A stretch of DNA of 63,185 nucleotides, filler included, from Octopus bimaculoides (taxonomy: Eukaryota): the NCBI RefSeq assembly GCF_001194135.2. It is 5 parts of 5 records of this genome, joined end to end, with 100 filler letters (N's around TTAATTAATTAA, not from the genome) between each part and the next. Parts side by side here need not be neighbours in the genome. Positions count along the whole stretch, not along the records: positions 1 to 30,462 come from NC_068983.1; 4 more parts are not named here. The stretch is one strand, 5' to 3'. The notes under the pieces are model-generated. The model searched no databases and had not been told where the DNA came from. It was given only the letters and a program-made list of their open reading frames with translations. The position numbers were made by a program, and so were the translations under genes. Positions 14,130 through 29,427 of the stretch are shown here, in pieces. Numbering within the stretch: position 1 is the stretch's first letter; each line of letters begins with the position of its first letter.

Positions 14130-15030
14130 AATGAACTTGAAGGGAGATATGAAATAAGAACTGCTACAGATTTCTCCCCAAGGAGCATCGGTAAAATCTT
14201 ATCAGAACAACAGAAGAAAAAAATGAACCAGTTCACTGAGAAGATAGTATATGGGTACTTGACACGTAAAACAAAGACCATGGAAGGGATCGATCATGTC
14301 AACAGCTTGGCATAGGGTACCGACAAGTTTATGACATCCCACTTTGAAAGCTACAACCATACAATCTAAGAACAAGAGATCCCTACCAGGTACATACAAC
14401 ATTAAAAGGCTAAGAAAACGTTGACAGACAAATGAAGGCCGTGCAAGATCAAGACCGAAGACATCAACCACATTATTGCCAATTGTTAGAGAGTGTCTTC
14501 CATATATTATCTTCTCGGGAGGCATGACACGGTAGCCAGAACGGTTTCGAACAGGATAATGAAAAAGAGAATACCTACGAACGAAGTAGACCACATTGAG
14601 ATCCATGGCTCAAAAGAATATTGGTAGGTCTTGAAAATTAAAACAGCCACCAAGTTAAAACAGAACCAGCCAGATATTGTTGTTGTAGAACCACAAAGAA
14701 AGGACATGTTCTGTTGTGGAAATCAGCTACCTCTTTACACGAATGTGGTTTGAAAAATACAAGAGAAAGAAGACATCTACGGACCATTGAAAAGGACTTC
14801 GCAAAATTAGTACCCAAGATACACTTTAAACTTCATACCCATTATTATTGGAGCAACAGAATTCGTACCAACCCGCCTGGAGCAAAGTATAACTGGACTT
14901 GCAGCTTGAGGGAGAGGATGTAAATCCTTAATTCATATTCTACAAATAATCACGATATCTGGGACTATAAAAATCTGTAAGACCTTCCTAAGATTTAAAG
15001 GATGACGGTTAATTACTGATACTTTCCTTC
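14130..15030 (+). mobile_element. R4/Dong-like LINE 3' fragment (second family)
   Basis: Decayed CCHC region (EDINHIIANC...RHDTVA) and RLE (NQPDIVVV...CSVVEISY); homologous to 18020-18870. Confidence 0.75.
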
Positions 15031-15423
15031 TCAACCTTGCTACTAAGTCGGTGACAGGTCAAAATTAAAAAATTACATTGCCATAAGCGCCAATCCTGAG
15101 AAATTTGGGTTCTCAAAACCAGAAAGGAGAAAGCAGATCGAAGACTTCAGATCAAAGACATTACTGAAACAGTAAAAATTTGTAAAACTTTCCAGAAATT
15201 TATCATTTATGTATATATGCGCATGTCTAGATATGCATGAGAATACATACATAAAACAAAACATAAGAATTTGGACATGCACTGGTTTTAAATACTGCTC
15301 ATATACACATATACATGTTCTGGGTTAGAAACATGCAAAAATACCTTCGATCTAGGTTAGAAACCGGCTCTTTCTCTATTGGCGAGAAATCTTGAAATAA
15401 AATTAAATAATAACATACATGCA

Positions 15424-15454
<31 letters not shown>

Positions 15455-15924
15455 TAAGGTGGTTATTCGCAATTTACAACTGAAAAGCAACAAGTACAGT
15501 TGTCACTAAAGGAGGGTGCCAGTCAGCATCAGCATTGCTAGAAATAAGAGTCAAAGCAACGCTTAGCCACTTGAAAGCACTTTTCTAATGACTGACAACG
15601 GAGAGAAGCTCCCTACGGCAAGCGAGATGGAGTCATATATCATCGATGATTTCAGATTTGATTAATCTTCATCAATGACCCATTGCTCCGTTACCGAGGG
15701 TTAAAGAACTTAACTCACCTTGTCAGTCTTATAGAGAACGTTATAGGAAACATTGACTAATTCCGAAAATGGTGAAGGGAAAGTTATGAATTATTAAGGT
15801 GGTTATTCGCCATTTGCAGCCGAAAGGCATCGAGTATGGTCGTTACTAAAGTGACGGAGGGTGCTAGTGAGCACCAGTATTACTAGTCATAAGAAACATT
15901 AACTGATGTATACATATACATATA

Positions 15925-16595
15925 CTAGCTGACATACCCGGTAATTCCCGGGAAAGCGGGGCTTATCCCTTAGTTCCATTCTCATAATTGTTTCACTAAT
16001 CCAATAACAACAATACAAAGTATGTATCCCTTTAAACGGTTTTTTATGTATTTACAGAGAATACCGAACTGTCTTACACAGGATCTTGTTTTCCGGAATT
16101 CCCAATAAGTTATGAATACCCAAATTGTGAAGTCAGTTATGTACTAACATGAAATTAGTTGCCCGATAGTAAGAATTCAAATAAAGTAGCCCCGAAAAGG
16201 GTTTTAATGCGTTCCCAGAGTATATAGAACTTAGGAGGAAATACTAATAAGGTATTATACTAAAATCGTGAAGCATGTTACGTAATAATAGGCTAATCAG
16301 ATATGAGATAATAACAATTCAAAGTAAATAACTCTGATAAGGGCTTTTGTGCGTTCCCAGAGAATATTACCCTCAGCAGCGCTAGTGTTGGTATATTCGT
16401 GAATAAGTCACTAACCGAAGTAAGTGGATCTATTGTTTAGGAAAATACTATTTACTTGTTTTAGGATTGTACTGGATAAATTGCAAAAATAACTCTAACA
16501 GTTCAAATACTAAGAAATGAGCATACTCAATTTCATTTTCACCAAATAATTTAGGAAAATGAATGGGTTATTTCCTTTGGCTATATATAAGGATC
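15925..16595 (+). mobile_element. Non-autonomous Helitron-like element
   Basis: 5' end actagctgacatacccggtaattcccggg and 3' end ...ggctatatataag resemble invertebrate Helitron termini; no ORF. Confidence 0.45.
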
Positions 16596-16689
16596 CCTTT
16601 CAGGGGCCCTATTATGGACTTGTATTGAGCCCAAACTAATTAAGATGACGCAGGAAAGAGCAATAAAAAGCCGCAGAAACTTGACTATG

Positions 16690-16965
16690 GACTGAGCTGT
16701 GTGTTGTGTTCTTGAGCAAGACACTTTATTTCACGTTCCTCCAGTTCACTCAGCTGTAGAAATGAGCTGATCATTGGTGCCAAATAGTATCGGCCCCTTT
16801 GCATTTCCCTTGGATAACATCGGTAGCGTGGAGAGGAGAGGCATGATATGCATGAGCGATTGCTGGTTTTCCGTAAACGATCTTGCCCGGACTTGTGCCT
16901 CGGCGGGGAATTTTCTAGGTGCAATCCCATGGTCAGTCATGATTGAAGGGGATTTTTACCTGACT
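16690..16965 (+). mobile_element. SINE family C (5' truncated)
   Basis: gttcttgagcaagacactttatttcacgttcctccagttcactcagctg is shared with 48052-48340. Confidence 0.7.
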
Positions 16966-17387
16966 GGACTACCAAAAATCCTTTGATAGTATACTACATG
17001 AGCGTATTATTAAGGCACTGAAATTATCCAAAGCGCCACCACCACTTGTAATACCATCCACCACTTAACCAAAAACTGGTACACCTCCTTACTTCTTAGT
17101 GGTAACAAGGAAGACATCAAATCTGACACTAAACACTACTCAAAAAGGTATACTTGTTAGTACTGCACTTTGTTCTCTCATGAAATCTCCTATCATACCT
17201 GATCACAAAACAAGGCAGGTATAGGAATGGATCCAGTAACATCTTTCCATTGTTAATGCTCTGAAGATGGATTAACCACATCAAAAAGCAACTGGATCTC
17301 ATAACCCGATTTTCTAAAAACAAATGTGTGCTTTTGATGGTAAAATAGAGAAAACGCCTGCCCTCATCCAAAACACTAAATAGTGAT

Positions 17388-17585
17388 TCCAAATTTTGGC
17401 ACAAAGCCAGCAATTTCAGGGATTGGGGCAAGTCAATTACATTGCCCCTCGTTCTCAGCTGGTACTTATGACCCCGAAAAGCAAAAAATCGACCTCTGCG
17501 GAATTTGAATTCAAAACGTAAAGACGGACGAAATGTCGCAAAGCATTTTACCCGGCGTGCTAATGATTCTGCCAGCTCTCCGCCT
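17388..17585 (-). mobile_element. SINE family B, near full length
   Basis: Reverse complement of the 5378-5600 type. Confidence 0.85.
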
Positions 17586-17639
17586 TAAAGACACTAAATA
17601 TTCAGGACCTAACACTACAGCCTTTACGCTCTGGAGGAA

Positions 17640-18870
17640 GTCACAAGTATCTCATCAATATGGAGGGGACAAAGAATGACTAGCTGAAGAAATTTAAAAG
17701 ATATGGTCGTCTCTGTTACAAGCGCCCACAACACTTTTTGCAGTGCCTATCCTCACGCCCGGATTTAGCCTTCTAAACTGGTCACTACAAGAGCTCAACG
17801 AGACAGATGTACGAACTCGCACGCTGCTCAGTGCTACTGAAAACTTCAGTATCAATGGAGGCATAGACAGGCTATACCTACCACGCAAGGATGATAGACG
17901 TGGTCTTAAATCGTTACTGTTGTCATATGAAGCACGTATTGTGGTACTGAAGCAACATGTGCAGCAAATGAAAGAAGCCAGTTACTATCTTGTCCAAGCT
18001 TGAAGGCATGAAAACAGCATCTAATAAATTTGAGGAGAGAGAAATAAGAGATGATGCAGATCTCTCTCCGAGGATCAATGACAAATTCTATTTATCAGAG
18101 TTACAAAATAAAATGGACCAGTTCACTGGGAAGGTTGTGCATGGCTACTCGGCACGAAAGATGCAATCCATGGAAAGAATAAAATCATATCAAAAGCTTG
18201 GTATGGAATACCGACAAGTTTATGATATCCCATTTTGAAGGTTATCTCCATGCAATTCAAGAACTAGAGATTCTCATTAAGTACCTGCAGCATAAAAGAC
18301 AGAAAACATTGACAGATAACAAATGTAGGCCGTACGAAACTAAAACTGGGGAATCAACCACGTTATTGCCAACTGTAAGAGATTGTCATCTGGATAACAT
18401 CTTCTCATGAGGCATAATGCGATAGCCAGAACAGTCTGGAATAGGATATCAAAAAAGAAACCAACAAACGTAGTTGAATATACTGAGACCGATGGCTCAA
18501 AAGAATATTGGTGGAATTTAAAAATTAATACAGCTACCAAATTGAAACAAAACTGCCATATAGCTTTGTGAGGGACCACAGGAAGAAAATATGTCCTGTT
18601 GTAGAAATTAGCTAGCCTCAGGACACCATTCTGGTTCCAAGAATACAAGAGAATGAAGACGTCTATGGACCATTGTTAAGGAGTTTGTTTTATACCTATT
18701 ATTATTGGAGCAACAGGATACGTACCGACCTGCCTGGAGTACGATATGGCTGAACTTCGGTTCTTGAGAAGAGAATATAACTCTTTAATTCATATGCTAC
18801 AAATGATCAAAGTGTCTAAGACATTAAAATTCTACAAGACTTTCTTTAGATTTAAAGAATGATAGCTAAA
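17640..18870 (+). mobile_element. R4/Dong-like LINE 3' fragment
   Basis: ELNETDVRTRTLLS...IDRLYLPRKDDRRGLKSL, then decayed CCHC and RLE. Confidence 0.8.
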
Positions 18871-19407
18871 ACAAAATGCTTTCCTTCGCAAATTTGCCAC
18901 TAAACATGTGACCGGTCATAATTAACTCTAAATTAAAATGAGAAAAAGAAAGCACATACACACACATGCACACACACATACATACACACTCACATACGTA
19001 CATACATATATACATACATACATATATACATGCATGCATACATACATACATACATACATAACTACTTAACTGATATTGAAAAGGCTCTTTGTGGTCGGAG
19101 ACTGACCTTTTCTTTATTGGTGAGATATATGAAAACTCAAACTAGAAGAAAACGCGTGCACACACACACACACTCGCTCATACACACACACGCACACACA
19201 CGCTCATACACACGCTCACAGACATACACACACAGCACGCTAGCACACGCCCACACACACACACACAAACACGCAAGCACACACACACGCACACACACGC
19301 ACACACACGCACACATGCGAACGCAAACACAAACACTGGGATTGGTGTATACACCTGCAATTATAACTAAACTTCTTTCTCCGCTGCTGCTGCTGCTGCT
19401 GCTGCTT

Positions 19408-19468
<61 letters not shown>

Positions 19469-19800
19469 CACTATTCCGCATAGTTCGTATTTTAAACAAG
19501 CAATAACAGCGACACAGGAATACATTTCCGCCACAGAAACCCAGTGGTAAGGAGCAAAAAAGGTTGACCTCGCTGTCAAAACATTATATTAAGACAGTTA
19601 AATCAGTTCGCATTTGAAGACGGTGTGGATGAATGATGCAAGAGGAAGAAAAAAGAAGCTGAATAACATAAAATAACAGAAACGAAAGTAACACTTCAAC
19701 AAGACAATTTACAGTCCATTATTATCCGGTTTTCAATATATATTTAAAAGATAACAGCGTTCAAATGAATGTTTTATCTATTCTAGTTTACTTTAATTTT

Positions 19801-19814
19801 CCACCAGAGGGCAG
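19801..19814 (+). promoter_or_regulatory. CTCF-like motif
   Basis: CCACCAGAGGGCAG matches CCASYAGRKGGCRS at all positions. Confidence 0.4.
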
Positions 19815-20063
19815 CAGCATCTGCTGCAATGGTGGCTGTGGATTAAGTATGGTGTAGTGTATCGTCTGTTATATCGAAGTAAAATTGATTGTTGCTGAAT
19901 GTTTGTTGGTCTGAACAACATTTTCATTTTTCTTTCTTTTTTTTTTTTATTTATTTATTTCTTTTTTTGTTTTCCTGTGTATATCAGATACCGTTGCTTG
20001 TTTGAAATGGAAGATGTGGAATCGACATAACTGGTATATTACTTGACTGGCTCACACACACTC

Positions 20064-20116
<53 letters not shown>

Positions 20117-20397
20117 TTATCTATCTATTTATCTATCTATCTGTCTGTCTGTCTATCCATCTATTTATCTCTCTCTGTATCTATCTATCTATCTGTCTAT
20201 TTATTTCACTCTTTCTTTCTCTCTNNNNNNNNNNNNNNNNNNNNNNNNNNNNNNNNNNNNNNNNNNNNNNNNNNNNNNNNNNNNNNNNNNNNNNNNNNNN
20301 NNNNNNNNNNNNNNNNNNNNNNNNNNNNNNNNNNNNNNNNNNNNNNNNNNNNNNNNNNNNNNNNNNNNNNNNNNNNNNNNNNNNNNNNNNNNNNNNN

Positions 20398-21855
<1,458 letters not shown>

Positions 21856-22329
21856 ATATATGCATATAGTTATATATTATTTATATTACAATTATAATAA
21901 TTATATTCATAATTATTAAGGTTGAAAATGGAGAGATTCAATGGATATAAATTAATTTATTAGTTAATTATCATCATTGCCTACAATTATTTCATTTCGC
22001 ATTCAATTTAAATAACAAAACATATATAAATATATATAAGTTTGCATTTCAAAACACCTTGGGTGGAAAATCTTCAGGGCATGAAAAAGGGACAATACAG
22101 AGATTACATTTTGGTCGGTTGAAACACTCCAATAGACAAAGAATACATAAGCATGTTTATTATGTGTGTATATGTGTGTGCACGCATGCGTTAAGATCAT
22201 CATTTATATTTTTAATTCAATGATAATAATTATGAATAATGAGTTATAGTATATAAAAGTAAAAGTACATAATAAATAAAATAAAATAAATGTGAAATAA
22301 AATTTACGCTCATGCTTGTATATTTGCGC

Positions 22330-22360
<31 letters not shown>

Positions 22361-22439
22361 CATATGTATATGTATAAGTTACTTATTAGAGTATATAAAT
22401 TAAAGCATATAGGAGTAAAAATAAAATATATAGATAGGC

Positions 22440-22659
22440 ACAGGAGTGGCTGTGTAGTAAGTAGCTTGCTTAGTAAGTAGCTTGCTTATCAACCACATGT
22501 TTCCGGGTTCAGTCTCACTGCGTGGTACCTTGGGCAAGTGACTTCTGTTATAGCATCAGGCCGCCCTAAGCTTTGTGAGCGGATTTGGTAGACGAAAACT
22601 GAAAGAAGTCTGTCGTATATATATACATCCATACATATACATACATATATATATATATA

Positions 22660-22728
<69 letters not shown>
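22440..22728 (+). mobile_element. SINE family A 5' half running into a gap
   Basis: caggagtggctgtgtagtaagtagc...gggttcagtc...accttgggcaagtgac...gtcgtatatat(gt)n. Confidence 0.85.
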
Positions 22729-23555
22729 NNNNNNNNNNNNNNNNNNNNNNNNNNNNNNNNNNNNNNNNNNNNNNNNNNNNNNNNNNNNNNNNNNNNNNNN
22801 NNNNNNNNNNNNNNNNNNNNNNNNNNNNNNNNNNNNNNNNNNNNNNNNNNNNNNNNNNNNNNNNNNNNNNNNNNNNNNNNNNNNNNNNNNNNNNNNNNNN
22901 NNNNNNNNNNNNNNNNNNNNNNNNNNNNNNNNNNNNNNNNNNNNNNNNNNNNNNNNNNNNNNNNNNNNNNNNNNNNNNNNNNNNNNNNNNNNNNNNNNNN
23001 NNNNNNNNNNNNNNNNNNNNNNNNNNNNNNNNNNNNNNNNNNNNNNNNNNNNNNNNNNNNNNNNNNNNNNNNNNNNNNNNNNNNNNNNNNNNNNNNNNNN
23101 NNNNNNNNNNNNNNNNNNNNNNNNNNNNNNNNNNNNNNNNNNNNNNNNNNNNNNNNNNNNNNNNNNNNNNNNNNNNNNNNNNNNNNNNNNNNNNNNNNNN
23201 NNNNNNNNNNNNNNNNNNNNNNNNNNNNNNNNNNNNNNNNNNNNNNNNNNNNNNNNNNNNNNNNNNNNNNNNNNNNNNNNNNNNNNNNNNNNNNNNNNNN
23301 NNNNNNNNNNNNNNNNNNNNNNNNNNNNNNNNNNNNNNNNNNNNNNNNNNNNNNNNNNNNNNNNNNNNNNNNNNNNNNNNNNNNNNNNNNNNNNNNNNNN
23401 NNNNNNNNNNNNNNNNNNNNNNNNNNNNNNNNNNNNNNNNNNNNNNNNNNNNNNNNNNNNNNNNNNNNNNNNNNNNNNNNNNNNNNNNNNNNNNNNNNNN
23501 NNNNNNNNNNNNNNNNNNNNNNNNNNNNNNNNNNNNNNNNNNNNNNNNNNNNNNN

Positions 23556-26542
23556 TTTATGACTGAAGTTACTTCCTGGCCAAATACCAGTAACGAAATA
23601 TACAGTGGTAAAAGTTGTTTCACATCTTGAGTAGTATTATTTGTTGTTGAGATAATCCATGAATGCATTATTCTTTCTATTACAGATATTGAAATATATT
23701 GCTTTAATCAGTGAAATAAAAACATCAATCATGTCATTTAAGCAGTCAAGTCAAGCAGCTGCAGCAAACAAGAAGTGGCCAAAAAATATAACTAACTTTG
23801 AGAAGTCTGTTAAAAAGCGAAGAATGATACCGAATGTGGAACATGAGTTGAACTAGAATTCCCAGAAAATCCAGCATCATTGGAAGGTATAACGCATTAG
23901 CAAAAGTTTTAAAATCCAGACATGCAAGAAATCAGTTCATCGCTCAGGAACTAGAGAATCTATGGAAAAAAATTGATTTTCCGTGTATAACATTTAAGTC
24001 TATTGTAAGAAAAGTAAATATTCTGTCGACAAGATACGAAACCCATTTGAAATGTCTAAAACCAGGTAAAAATTTTGAAGATTTGTTTGACATTACTAAT
24101 CAACATGGCAGCTGGCTATCTAAAGAAGACAAAAACTTTTGCAGTACACAAATTTAAGTGGCGGTATAAATGGCTACACCGCATCTCGGTTAGCTATGGT
24201 TCATCCTTCAAAGCGAACACCTTCCTCGTCAAGAGTGCCAGCTTCAACTTCACAAGCGTTTCTCCAATATGTTGAAGCAAGTAAAGTAACGTGCCTAAAA
24301 AATTCTCAGATATTACACAAATTTTTGTATGCATTGATGTCACTAACATGTACCCAACTTCTTGCAGATACATCATCATCACCATCAGAAATCCCTACTT
24401 CTGATTCTGAGTCGAACAAGTTGGCACCTCTAAACAACATCACTCAACTCAGAAAGCAATGAACTTGCTGCAAAAAAAGAATTTAAGCAGTCATAAAGCA
24501 GCCAACGCCTGAAAACAGCTGAGAGAGGAAAGAGTACTTCTCTTCACTCCATCAGAGTCAGGAGTGTACAAAGCTGCTATGAGAGAGACCGCAAAGATGA
24601 AGCAGGAACTAAAAGAAACTTTAAAATATGACCAGTGGGTGCTCCATTTTGATGGAAGGGTTATGAAGGGTAAAAAAAGACAAGTTGTTGTGGTGAAAAA
24701 CAATACAAGAGAAATTAGATTAGCAGCACTAACTCTGAAGAATAGCAGAGAAGATACCATTTTGCAAGAACTAAATGAAGTTTTGGATGATTACGAATTG
24801 TGGCCAGCAATCAAAATGATCATCACAGACGCATGTAGTGTAAATACAGGGAAACATACTGGAGTGGTCATTCAACTGCAGAACGAATTTGTAAAGCGTG
24901 GATATCCTGAACCTCAATACATTGGTTGCCAACATCATGTGTTAATCCGCCTCCTAAAGCATTGGTCACTCCGAGGATATATTAAAAGACACTTGTCCAA
25001 GGTGTCACGCAGTGGGACGGAACCCAGAACTATGTGGTTGAAAGGCAAGTTTCTTACCATACAGCCATGCCAGCGACTATATATTACATTGCATCACCAA
25101 ATATATCATATCCGTTCGTAGATGATTTGATAAAAAAAACAAAAAAATCTATGAGGATTTGTTGGCAGAATGGAAACAAGGCAAAGCAAAACTTGAAATG
25201 GATGATAAGCCAGGTTAGAGAGATTACCTTAAATTTTTTATTTGAACTTGGTCATGCTTTCCGATTTTATCAGCAACAAAGCATTTTCCCAGAAATTAAG
25301 TTTAAAAACTTCCTAGACTTAGCCATGCACGTTGGAATTCACGAGCAATCTTGGCCATCCTCACATACAGGCTTCTTCCACAAAGTAGAGAAAGACTCTA
25401 CGATGTGTGTTGTTTTATCAGTGGAAACTGGATGGAAATGTGGTTTTGTGACCAAAGGTTTGACAGCATGGTCTACCAGAAACTTTCAAAAGCAGTTACT
25501 GGATATACTAAAGCAAGCAAATGTTTGAAAGTTAATTGGAATCTTGAAGAATCAGTAATTCAAGATGTTCAGCGTTCAAACATATGTGCTGAACGTGCAG
25601 TAAAAATAATGGAGGAATTAGATTGCAAAAATTAAAAAAAATTAAATCTGAAAAATTAAATCTGCGATTTGTTTTAACCAACAAGATTCTTTGAAAACTG
25701 CTGCTGTGTTAGGCTGCACTTACTACATTAACAATGCATAACAGTACGTCTTATTACTTGAACAATATAGGCAAGTCCGTAGTAAAAGTGTTGTCAAATA
25801 TATTGTCATCGGTGGAGGAGTTTTTTTGTGTCAAAGAAAGAAATGATTATGATGTTTTTATCATTATACCATAAAGTTCAGCTTCTGATACTTTGGCCTT
25901 ACTCGAAAAAAGTCATCACCCTAATGTGCATGCGTGTATACATATTCTTGTGTACAGAGATTGAAAGAAGGAAAGATGGAAGGAGGAAGACGTAGGAAAA
26001 TGCAGTGAAAGAAAACCAAAGATTGGAAGGATGATGAAGATAAAAAGACGCTGAAATGCAAAGACGGTTCGAGAGCAAGAGAAAGGAAATATGAAGAGTA
26101 GAGAGTGGATGAAGAATTAACGATAACCCTATTATTAGCAGCCAAGAATTTGACTGATTCAGAAAATGCTACAACTAGGACCTTCAACGGTTTCAGTCTT
26201 AGACTCTTAATGTCAACGAATATGTACATCGTTAACTTTCTCTATCATTTATCTTTTATTACTTTCAGTCATTAGACTGCGGCCATACTGGGGCAATACC
26301 TTGAAGAACTTTCAGTCGAATAAATTGACCCCAGTAGTTCTTTTTTTTTTTTCAGCCTCTTACTTATTCTTTCGATTTATTTTGCCGAACCGCTATATTG
26401 CAGGGACGTAAACAAACCAACCCCTCTCGCCAAGCGGTGGTGGGAGACAGACATACACACATACACACAGACACTCTCTCTCTCTCTCACGCACACACAC
26501 ATACACACACATACACAAATACACACACACATACACACACAC

Positions 26543-26584
<42 letters not shown>

Positions 26585-26882
26585 CTGGCTTATTTCGATT
26601 TCCGTCTACCAAATCCATTCACAATGCATTGGTCGGCCCGAGGCTATATTAAAAGACACTTGTCCAAGGTGCCACACAGTGGGACGGAACCCAGAACTAT
26701 GTGGTTGAAAAGCAAGTTTCTTACCATACAGCCATGCCAGCGACTATATATAACATAAAATAAATTTATATCAACTTGTAAAAAGCCGAATGTAAATCTC
26801 ATAAGAATTTAAAATTCACCCTCACTTTCCCCTTGATTTCAAAATTTTAATTAATTACCCAAAAAATGGAAGCCCTGACCTA
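23556..26882 (+). mobile_element. hAT-like (hATm-type) DNA transposon with disrupted transposase
   Basis: Catalytic signature LHFDG (D), IITDACSVNTG (D), GCQHH (CxxH) and SNICAERAVK (E); stops and frameshifts; end ...ccctgaccta at 26882; 5' end in the gap. Confidence 0.8.
26250..26745 (-). mobile_element. SINE family A, full length, nested in the hAT element
   Basis: Head, (CA)n and tail all present in reverse. Confidence 0.85.
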
Positions 26883-28692
26883 TCGTCAAAGAAATTCTCG
26901 TCCAAAAGAATAGTAAAATGATGAGATTCCCTTTACTTCAAAGTCTTTAAAAATGTTCAATACGAAAAGATGTCGTAACACATGGGTTTATCCACTCTTT
27001 GCTCTAAATGTCAAAAGCCCTGTAGCTAAATATTATTAGTTCTCGTTGATACGCACTTCCTATTGAAGCAAAGGTATCTAAAGTTATCCAATCGTAACAA
27101 AATCAAGGTCAGCTACACTTTCACAACCAGCATTAAAAATATCTTATGTAAACAATTAAACAATTTAACAGTTCTAAATAAATAAATAAAGATAATATAC
27201 GTACAAACATGAGTTATTACCACTTAAATATTACTGTCATAGGAAAATAGCAATCTGTTCTACTAAACAACTCAAAAATAATGACGATGACATCTACTAA
27301 ACACGAGCTAACTCAACCAAATGATGACGAAACGTGATATAGGAATGACTGAAGGAAATTTCAAAAGCCGCCGATACAATCACACTTCTAAAACGAAGTA
27401 AATAGGAACGCTAAGCCTTTTCAGCTATTTGTGAAAAATCAAATGACTACATAAAAGCTTCTTTGCTGACTCGGGTGGTCTTTCTTTTATAGACAGAATG
27501 GCGTTTGTTTAATATGGTTTGGCTGCTACACTGAGTACATAGAAGGTTGTTCATTGGCTCGTTATTGTAATTTCAGTTTTTCAGTTGATGTTGCCGTTTA
27601 GCCCTAAGTCACATCTGATGCACAAGACCTATAATCAAAGATACTCCAGCGATAAACATCACTCCTAATTCAGATACTCTCCATCTAAGACTTCAGTATT
27701 TAGGACATCCTTTCCGTTTCTTTTTAAAGATAGTAGTGCAATCTCTAGGAAATTTGACTGCTATTTCCAGCAGGACGAGTGAAAACATTATCAACGGTGG
27801 CTTTCTCGTTAATGGCGTTGATGTCACTGCTGCTGCTGCAGATGTTGTTTTTGTTGTTGTTGCTGCTGCTACTGCTGCTGCTGCTGCTACACTTGCTTTT
27901 GTTGTTGATGTCTCCAAAGACTAATTAGAGCGTTTCAACTGCCATAAATGTCTCAACACACTTCATTTAAACATGACACACTAGGGTGGATGGAATATAG
28001 ATGCAGTTTGCTATATTACAGTAATTGTTGTTGTCACAATGATGACGATGATGATGATGATGATGATGATGATGGGGGGGGGCGATAGTGATGATAGTGA
28101 CAGGGATCGTTGTGGCAATGGTATTGTTAAAGTGGTGATGGTGGTGTGAGGTGAAGGACTATTGTGGTGACGACATTGTGGTTGTAGTTGTGATGTTGAT
28201 GATGATGATGAGGAAGAGGAACGGGAGGTTGAAGAGGAGGAGGAAGAGGAGGAGGGGAAGAGGAGGAGGGGAAGAGGAGGAGAGGGAAGAAGAGGAGAGG
28301 GAAGAAGAGGAGGAGGAAGAGGAGGAGGAGGAGGATAATGATGGTGGTGGTGGTGGTGGTGGTGNNNNNNNNNNNNNNNNNNNNNNNNNNNNNNNNNNNN
28401 NNNNNNNNNNNNNNNNNNNNNNNNNNNNNNNNNNNNNNNNNNNNNNNNNNNNNNNNNNNNNNNNNNNNNNNNNNNNNNNNNNNNNNNNNNNNNNNNNNNN
28501 NNNNNNNNNNNNNNNNNNNNNNNNNNNNNNNNNNNNNNNNNNNNNNNNNNNNNNNNNNNNNNNNNNNNNNNNNNNNNNNNNNNNNNNNNNNNNNNNNNNN
28601 NNNNNNNNNNNNNNNNNNNNNNNNNNNNNNNNNNNNNNNNNNNNNNNNNNNNNNNNNNNNNNNNNNNNNNNNNNNNNNNNNGTGGTGGACGG

Positions 28693-28739
<47 letters not shown>

Positions 28740-29384
28740 TTGAAAGTATCTTTAGCGATGTTAGTAATCGCGATGCTGGTGAAAGCGGGTGGGAGCGGGG
28801 GGGGGCCTTGGTAGCGGTGAGAGTGATGATAGTGATGATGGTGGCGTCCTTTATAGTGGTAATAACAATGGTAGTTCAGGATGTTGTTGTTGTTGCTGTT
28901 TCATTTGTTTTTGCTCATACAAACATTGTTCTTATGTAGCAATTCTGATTGTTGTAGCTGTTGCTATTGTTGGGATGTAAATTGTTATTTACCGTCGTTG
29001 TTGATCTCTCGGTTTATATTATGATTATTGTTGTTGTTGTTGTTGTTGTCATGGGTGCATTTATTGCTTTGTTTTTGTTTTGCTTTGCTTTTTACTTATT
29101 CTTGTTGTTTTTGTTTTTGTTGTTGATGTTGTTGTTGTTGTTGCTATAGCTACCTGAAGCTATTAGAATCATTAAATGCTAGTCTTTTTATACCTTACAT
29201 TATTGAAGATTTCATAACAGACAACAACAACAACCATTAAAATAACAACAAAGACCAACACACGTACACATCTGTATGTAGAAATATGTACGTATATGTA
29301 TATGTGTGTGTGTGTTTGTGTGTGTGTGTTTGTGTGTGTATGTAGAATAGTGTTATAACACATCCTTTTAATACATACATACGC

Positions 29385-29427
<43 letters not shown>

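Noticed and set aside
28151-28939. Acidic or basic low-complexity ORF
   Set aside because: Built from GAG/GAT/GGT microsatellites and an N gap
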